A DNA stretch of 64,000 nucleotides from Spirochaetia bacterium (GTDB lineage: Bacteria; Spirochaetota; Spirochaetia; SZUA-6; Bin103). The stretch is from contig CBDBOV010000005.1 in assembly GCA_965208575.1 (NCBI GenBank), forward strand, positions 992,001 through 1,056,000, in the 5' to 3' direction. Shown here in pieces: positions 59,083 through 64,000 of the stretch (its first letter is position 1; each line of letters begins with the position of its first letter). The notes below the pieces were generated by a model, which worked only from the letters and a program-made list of their open reading frames with translations, was not told the DNA's origin and ran no database searches. Made by a program: the position numbers and the translations under genes.

Positions 59083-60245
59083 CAGGACTTCCGCTCCGCG
59101 GCGGCTGCCACGGGCTCGGCCACCGGCGGCGCCAGCGTGCCGTTCCGGTGCGCGGTGTCCGCCACGGCGGCGCGCGGGGGTGCTGCCGACCGCTTGGCGG
59201 CCCGCGCCTTGCCCAGCAGCTCACGGAATTGCGCCGCAATTCCGGCCAGCCCGCGCGGGAACAGCAGCACCACGCCGATGAACAGCGCCCCGAACACGTA
59301 CAGCCACGCCTCCGGCAGCGACTCGCTGAACACCGTCTTGGCCCAGTTCACCACCACCGCTCCGGCAGCCGCGCCCACAATCGTGCCGCGCCCGCCGACC
59401 GCCACCCAGATCGCCATCTCCACCGACGGCAGAATGCTCATCGAAGACGGACTGATAATGCCCACCTGCGGCACGAACAGTGCCCCGGCGAAGCCGGCGA
59501 TGCCCGCCGACAACGCGAACGTCGCCAGCTTGTAGCGCACCGGGTTGTAGCCCAGGAAGCGCAGGCGGTTCTCACCGTCGCGAATGGCCATCAGCACGGT
59601 GCCGGTCCTGGTGTTCACCAGCCACAGCGCCAGCGCCGCCACCCCCACCAGCGTGATAACCGTGGCCAGGTACAGGCCCAGGCGCATCCCCGACTTGTAC
59701 AGGGAGATGCCGGCCAGCGACTGGAAGTTGGTCATGCCGTTGGTGCCGCCGGTGTAGGGCTGCTGGCCGATGAACAGGATGCTCATCGCCAGCGCCATCG
59801 CCTGCGTGAGGATGGAGAAGTAGACTCCGCGGATGCCCGACCGGAAGGTGGGGTAGCCGATGATGAGCGCGAACACGGCGGGAATGACCACCGCCATCGG
59901 CAGGGCAAACGCGAAGTGCCGGAACGGCTCCCAGAACCAGGGCAACTGCTCCAGGCCGCTCCACACCATGAAGTCCGGCAGCGCCTCCGACTGCAGCTTC
60001 ATGTGCATCGCCATGCTGTAGGCGCCGAGGCTGAAGAACACGGCGTGGCCCAGGCTGAGCACGCCGGCGTAGCCCCACAGCAAATCGAGCCCGACCGCGG
60101 CCACCGCGAACGCCAGGTACTTGCCGACCAGCGCGAGGCGGAAGTCGGACAGGAACAGCGGCAGCACCAGCAACACACCCACCATCAGTCCGTACGCGAG
60201 GTACTGCCGGCGCGACGGCGGTCCGGCGATCAGCTTGTCGAGCAT
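59082..60245 (-). CDS. urtC: Urea ABC transporter permease
   Basis: GKYL, LPDFM.W...LPWFW, GVYFSILTQA, WVAVGGRGT. Confidence 0.95.
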   Translation of the reverse strand: MLDKLIAGPPSRRQYLAYGLMVGVLLVLPLFLSDFRLALVGKYLAFAVAAVGLDLLWGYAGVLSLGHAVFFSLGAYSMAMHMKLQSEALPDFMVWSGLEQLPWFWEPFRHFAFALPMAVVIPAVFALIIGYPTFRSGIRGVYFSILTQAMALAMSILFIGQQPYTGGTNGMTNFQSLAGISLYKSGMRLGLYLATVITLVGVAALALWLVNTRTGTVLMAIRDGENRLRFLGYNPVRYKLATFALSAGIAGFAGALFVPQVGIISPSSMSILPSVEMAIWVAVGGRGTIVGAAAGAVVVNWAKTVFSESLPEAWLYVFGALFIGVVLLFPRGLAGIAAQFRELLGKARAAKRSAAPPRAAVADTAHRNGTLAPPVAEPVAAAAERKS

Positions 60246-61156
60246 CAATGCTGCCCCTCCAGGGCGCGGGTGCGCTGCACCAGGAAACCGGACGGCCGGA
60301 ACTGCAGAAACACCACGATGAGGGCGAAGATGATCACCTTGCCCATCGACGAGGTGGTGATGAACTCGAACAGTGGGCTGGCCGCCCCGATCAGCACGGC
60401 GCCGGCCACCGCACCGGCGATCGAACCGACCCCGCCGAGCACCACCACCATGAACGAGTCGATGATCCAGTTCTGCCCGGTGGCCGGTCCCACCGAGCCG
60501 AGCAGGCTCACCACGCAGCCGGCGATGCCGGCGAGGCCGCTGCCAAGCGCGAAGGTGCGGGCATCGACGGCCGCGGTATTGATTCCCAATGCTCCGGCCA
60601 TCGACCGATTCTGCATCACCGCGCGCATGCTGCGCCCGGCGCCGGTGCGGTTCAGGAACAGGTAGGTTCCCCACACGCACAGCACGGCCACCGCGATGAT
60701 GAACAACCTGTTGGTGGGCAGTTGGATGCCGTCGGCGAGCGCGAGCCCGCCCTGCAGCCAGCCGGGCGTACGTACCTCCACGTTGGAGGCGCCGAAGATG
60801 TTGCGCGCAAGCTGCTGCAGGATCAGGCTCAGGCCCCAGGTGGCCAGAATGCTTTCGAACGGCCGTCCATACAGGAACCTTATGAGTGAGCGCTCGGTCA
60901 GATACCCGATCGCCGCCGTGACCACGAACGCGGCCAGCAGCGCCACCAGGAACCAGCTTCCGCCGCCGAGCGCGTCGTACAGCAGGCGGTCGGTGAGGAA
61001 GGTGACGTAGGCGCCGATCATCACGAACTCGCCGTGCGCGAAGTTGATCACGCGCATGATGCCGAAGGTGATGCTCAATCCCAGCGCTACCATCAGCAAT
61101 ACGCTGCTGATCGAGAGGCTGTTGAAGATCTGCATTGCGGTGGTGGTGAGACTCAT
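60245..61156 (-). CDS. urtB: Urea ABC transporter permease
   Basis: FG.M.VINFAHGE, LYGRP.E..LATWGLSL.LQQ, IIDSFMVVV.GG. Confidence 0.95.
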   Translation of the reverse strand: MSLTTTAMQIFNSLSISSVLLMVALGLSITFGIMRVINFAHGEFVMIGAYVTFLTDRLLYDALGGGSWFLVALLAAFVVTAAIGYLTERSLIRFLYGRPFESILATWGLSLILQQLARNIFGASNVEVRTPGWLQGGLALADGIQLPTNRLFIIAVAVLCVWGTYLFLNRTGAGRSMRAVMQNRSMAGALGINTAAVDARTFALGSGLAGIAGCVVSLLGSVGPATGQNWIIDSFMVVVLGGVGSIAGAVAGAVLIGAASPLFEFITTSSMGKVIIFALIVVFLQFRPSGFLVQRTRALEGQH

Positions 61157-61271
61157 GTCGCTCCAGGTTGGCAGGTTGTATTGGCAGGTTGGTGAGACGC
61201 CGCGGCCGGAGGCCCCGCAGTGGGAACCTCCGGCCACGGACGCTCGACGCCCTGGTTCCGGTTCGTGCCCG

Positions 61272-62510
61272 CTACGAGCGCGGTCCCATGACGCCGGGTT
61301 CGATTACGTCTTCGTCCGGCGAGATCAACTCGGGAAACGGGTCGGGGCGCACCGGCTCGCCGGTGGACCACAGAATGTCGAATTGGCCTTCCGCGTTGGC
61401 GGCGCCGATCTGGACGATCTTCCAGGTGTGGTTGTTGACCGGGTCGATCTTGACCATGCCCTCGGGTGCCTCGTACTCGACGCCGCGCAGCGCCATCCGC
61501 ACCTCGGCGGTGTCCGCGGTGCCCGCCTTTCTGACCGCTTCCGCCCACAGGTAGACACCGAAGTAGCCAGCCTCGATCGGATCGTCGGTCACCCGGTTCT
61601 CGCCGTAGGCCGCCTTGTAGCGCTCCACGAAGCCGGCGTTCTTGGGGCTGTCCATGCTCTGGAAGTAGTTCCAGGCCGCCAGGTGGCCGGCGATGTTCTC
61701 GGCGCCGATGCCCTTGATCTCCTCCTCGGCGACGCTCACCGACATGACGGGAATGTCATCCGGGCCGATGCCGGCCGCCTTGAGCTGCTTGAAGAACGCG
61801 ACGTTGCTGTCGCCGTTGAGGGTATTGAAGATCACGTCCGGCTCGGCTGCCTTGATCTTGGTGATCACGGTGGCGTACTCGGTGTGGCCGAGCGGGGTGT
61901 ACTCCTCCGCCACCGTGTTGCCGCCTTCGGCCTCGAGCTGAATCTTGATGATCTTGTTGGCGGTGCGCGGAAACACGTAGTCGGAACCGAGCAGGAAGAA
62001 ATCCTTGCCCTTCTCCTGCAGCAGCCAGGAGACCGCCGGCATGATCTGCTGGTTCGGGGCGGCGCCGGTGTAGATGATGTTCTTGGATGCCTCCAGGCCC
62101 TCGTACTGGACCGGGTAGAACAGCAGGTGGTCGAGACCCTCGAATACCGGCAGCACGGCCTTGCGGCTCGCCGACGTCCAGCAGCCGAATACCACCTCGA
62201 CCTCGTCACGCTCGATCAGCTTGCGCGCCTTCTCGGCGAACGTGGGCCAGTCGGACGCGCCGTCCTCGATGATCGGCACGATCTGCTTGCCGAGCAGTCC
62301 GCCGGCGGCGTTGATCTCGTTGATCGCCAGAATGGTAGCGTCCTTTACGGCTACTTCGCTGATCGACATGGTGCCGCTCAGGGAGTGCAGGACCCCGACC
62401 TTGATGACATCGCCGTCTTCTCCTTCGCCGCCGGCGAACGCGGCAAACGGTAGAAGAAGGGCGAAACCGGTGAAGAGCAGAGCTCTGAGCATCGCTCTTG
62501 GGAAACGCAT
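61272..62510 (-). CDS. urtA: Urea ABC transporter substrate-binding protein
   Basis: [51 protein letters not shown]. Confidence 0.96.
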   Translation of the reverse strand: MRFPRAMLRALLFTGFALLLPFAAFAGGEGEDGDVIKVGVLHSLSGTMSISEVAVKDATILAINEINAAGGLLGKQIVPIIEDGASDWPTFAEKARKLIERDEVEVVFGCWTSASRKAVLPVFEGLDHLLFYPVQYEGLEASKNIIYTGAAPNQQIMPAVSWLLQEKGKDFFLLGSDYVFPRTANKIIKIQLEAEGGNTVAEEYTPLGHTEYATVITKIKAAEPDVIFNTLNGDSNVAFFKQLKAAGIGPDDIPVMSVSVAEEEIKGIGAENIAGHLAAWNYFQSMDSPKNAGFVERYKAAYGENRVTDDPIEAGYFGVYLWAEAVRKAGTADTAEVRMALRGVEYEAPEGMVKIDPVNNHTWKIVQIGAANAEGQFDILWSTGEPVRPDPFPELISPDEDVIEPGVMGPRS

Positions 62511-62573
62511 GGGTTCCTCCATGGAAATTGATGTGGTCGAGAGACGCTCGACGCGATCTCTCGTCCACGGTAG

Positions 62574-62589
62574 TGCAAGAACGGTGCCA
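62574..62589 (-). promoter_or_regulatory. Sigma54 (-24/-12) promoter of the urt-ure operon
   Basis: Minus strand TGGCAC-CGTTC-TTGCA, a full match to TGGCAC-N5-TTGCW, about 64 nt upstream of the urtA ATG. Confidence 0.8.
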
Positions 62590-62673
62590 ACCAATTCGGC
62601 CCCGGCATGGCTGATGATCGATCGTGCGTAGACCCACAGGTGCCTACGTTTGCGTAGGTGTATACGGTGGATG

Positions 62674-63696
62674 CTACATATTGGTCGCTTCGTTGGCATG
62701 ATGGGGCGGGGCCGACTCCTCGGGCCGCCAGTAGCGTTCATGCGTCCCGATTCGCTGGTGTGCGCCGCAGGCGGCGAGATCGCGGCGCATCGTCGCGTTG
62801 TCGCCGTATATCGCCGCAACCTGCGATTCGTAGCATGCGACGGCGGCGATCTTGGTGTCGAACTGACCGCCGATGTCGGTCAACTCGGGACGCAGCACCA
62901 GGCGGCTCCTGCGACGGGCCCCGAAACGGGCGCGGGCGAACCGCGCCAGCAGCAGGATGAACAGCAGCCGCCGGGCGACCGGCCCGGCGTGGCGGGACAG
63001 TTGCGCAGACGACATGAGTGCGCCGTACGCCTCGCGGGCGCACACCGCGACGGAGGGCGGCGCGCCAGGCGCGGATGCGATGCCTGCCTGCTCGAACCTC
63101 TGCCGCAAGAGGTGAGGGACGCACACGTAGGGGGCATCTTCGAAATACGTGATCTCGCCTCCGGCGCGGACGCCGGACCGGTGCAGGTCGAACCCGGCCG
63201 CCGCCACGATCTGGTGGTCGACGTGGTTGCCTACTGCCAGTGGAAAGTAGAGCCGGGCGGTCGGCCAGCGGCGGACGATGCGCGCCACCTCGTGCGCGAC
63301 CTCGGCGCGCAGCGGTCCCTCGCGTTGCCCGACCGGAGCGGTGATGCCGGCCAGCGAGGCGTAGCGCCGGTGGCGTTGGATGGCATCGGGGAAATCGAGC
63401 CAGCGGTGGTCCGCGCCCACCACGTCGAGCGCGCGACGGTCCTCGCGGCGCCGGGAGGGTATGTCCTGAAACGGTGCGAACGCCGGTGGCGGGCGCGTGG
63501 CGCCGGCGCCGCAGCCGGCGAACACGGTGACCACCAGCACCGGGAGTCCGGCACCGGTCTGGCCGGCGATGCGGCCCGCGCACGACAGCACTGCGTCGTC
63601 GAGGTGCGGAGAAAAGTAGATATGCCCGTATTCCGGTTTCGAATTGCCGGACGGCGGGCGATGCCCGGGTATGGAATTCATCGTCTTCCCTGTCAC
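62674..63696 (-). CDS. PIG-L/LmbE family deacetylase
   Basis: [36 protein letters not shown]. Confidence 0.88.
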   Translation of the reverse strand: MTGKTMNSIPGHRPPSGNSKPEYGHIYFSPHLDDAVLSCAGRIAGQTGAGLPVLVVTVFAGCGAGATRPPPAFAPFQDIPSRRREDRRALDVVGADHRWLDFPDAIQRHRRYASLAGITAPVGQREGPLRAEVAHEVARIVRRWPTARLYFPLAVGNHVDHQIVAAAGFDLHRSGVRAGGEITYFEDAPYVCVPHLLRQRFEQAGIASAPGAPPSVAVCAREAYGALMSSAQLSRHAGPVARRLLFILLLARFARARFGARRRSRLVLRPELTDIGGQFDTKIAAVACYESQVAAIYGDNATMRRDLAACGAHQRIGTHERYWRPEESAPPHHANEATNM

Positions 63697-63706
63697 GCAG
63701 CGACCG
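63635..63706 (-). repeat. Dispersed element copy D, forming the 5' end of the deacetylase ORF
   Basis: Reverse complement CGGTCGCTGCGTGACAGGGAAGACGATGAA...GCATCGCCCGCCG aligns with copy A. Confidence 0.6.
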
Positions 63707-63751
63707 CTACCGACTCGTCAAGATGCACCGAAAGGGTATAGTCTCCCTGTC

Positions 63752-64000
63752 GTGACGGTCTGCATAGTAACGCTTGGCACCCTTGGGGACGTACTGCCCC
63801 TATGCGCGTTGGGTGCCGGACTTACCCGCGCGGGCCACACCGTGCGCGTGGCCACGCACGATCACTACCGGCGCTTCGTGCTCGACCACGGGCTCGAGCA
63901 TGCATCCATGCCGCTGGATCCCGTGGAGTTGTTCAGCGGCGTGTGGGGCAGTGATTGGCTCGCTTCGCGCAACAACCCGCTGCGTTTCATGAGCGGGTTG
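63752..64000 (+). CDS. GT1/Glyco_transf_28 glycosyltransferase, N-terminus (runs off the window)
   Basis: Manual translation VTVCIVTLGTLGDVLPLCALGAGLTRAGHTVRVATH matches GTxGDVxP...GHxVxVAT. Confidence 0.8.
   Translation, partial: MTVCIVTLGTLGDVLPLCALGAGLTRAGHTVRVATHDHYRRFVLDHGLEHASMPLDPVELFSGVWGSDWLASRNNPLRFMSGL

Overview
High-GC bacterial chromosome segment. The signal peptides of its ABC substrate-binding proteins resemble those of Spirochaetota, possibly a host-associated or metagenomic lineage; this is inference only. Content: two peptide/nickel-type (family 5) ABC operons and one orphan family-5 binding protein, a carbohydrate ABC cluster with two beta-propeller hydrolases, GH127, an M1 peptidase, several SDR/MDR/epimerase enzymes and malate synthase. 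There is also a sigma54-preceded urea uptake and urease operon (urtABCDE-ureABC-[two foreign low-GC genes]-ureFG-ureD) that has no ureE. Two complete ISKra4/ISLre2-type insertion sequences with TIRs and target duplications are present, and many toxin-antitoxin or defence-type genes are scattered between the metabolic genes. Best leads: (1) a low-GC hypothetical + PIN-nuclease pair in the ureE slot; (2) a leaderless, operator-controlled hypothetical + DUF6036 nucleotidyltransferase module; (3) repeated gene decay by internal deletion that joins N- to C-termini (uxuA, higB, GH2, DUF2961, desaturase His box); (4) an unannotated dispersed element of about 85 bp in four copies; (5) a His-tailed UreG and a collagen-like repeat in UreD. 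Family calls rest on motif recognition from memory; no database search was run.
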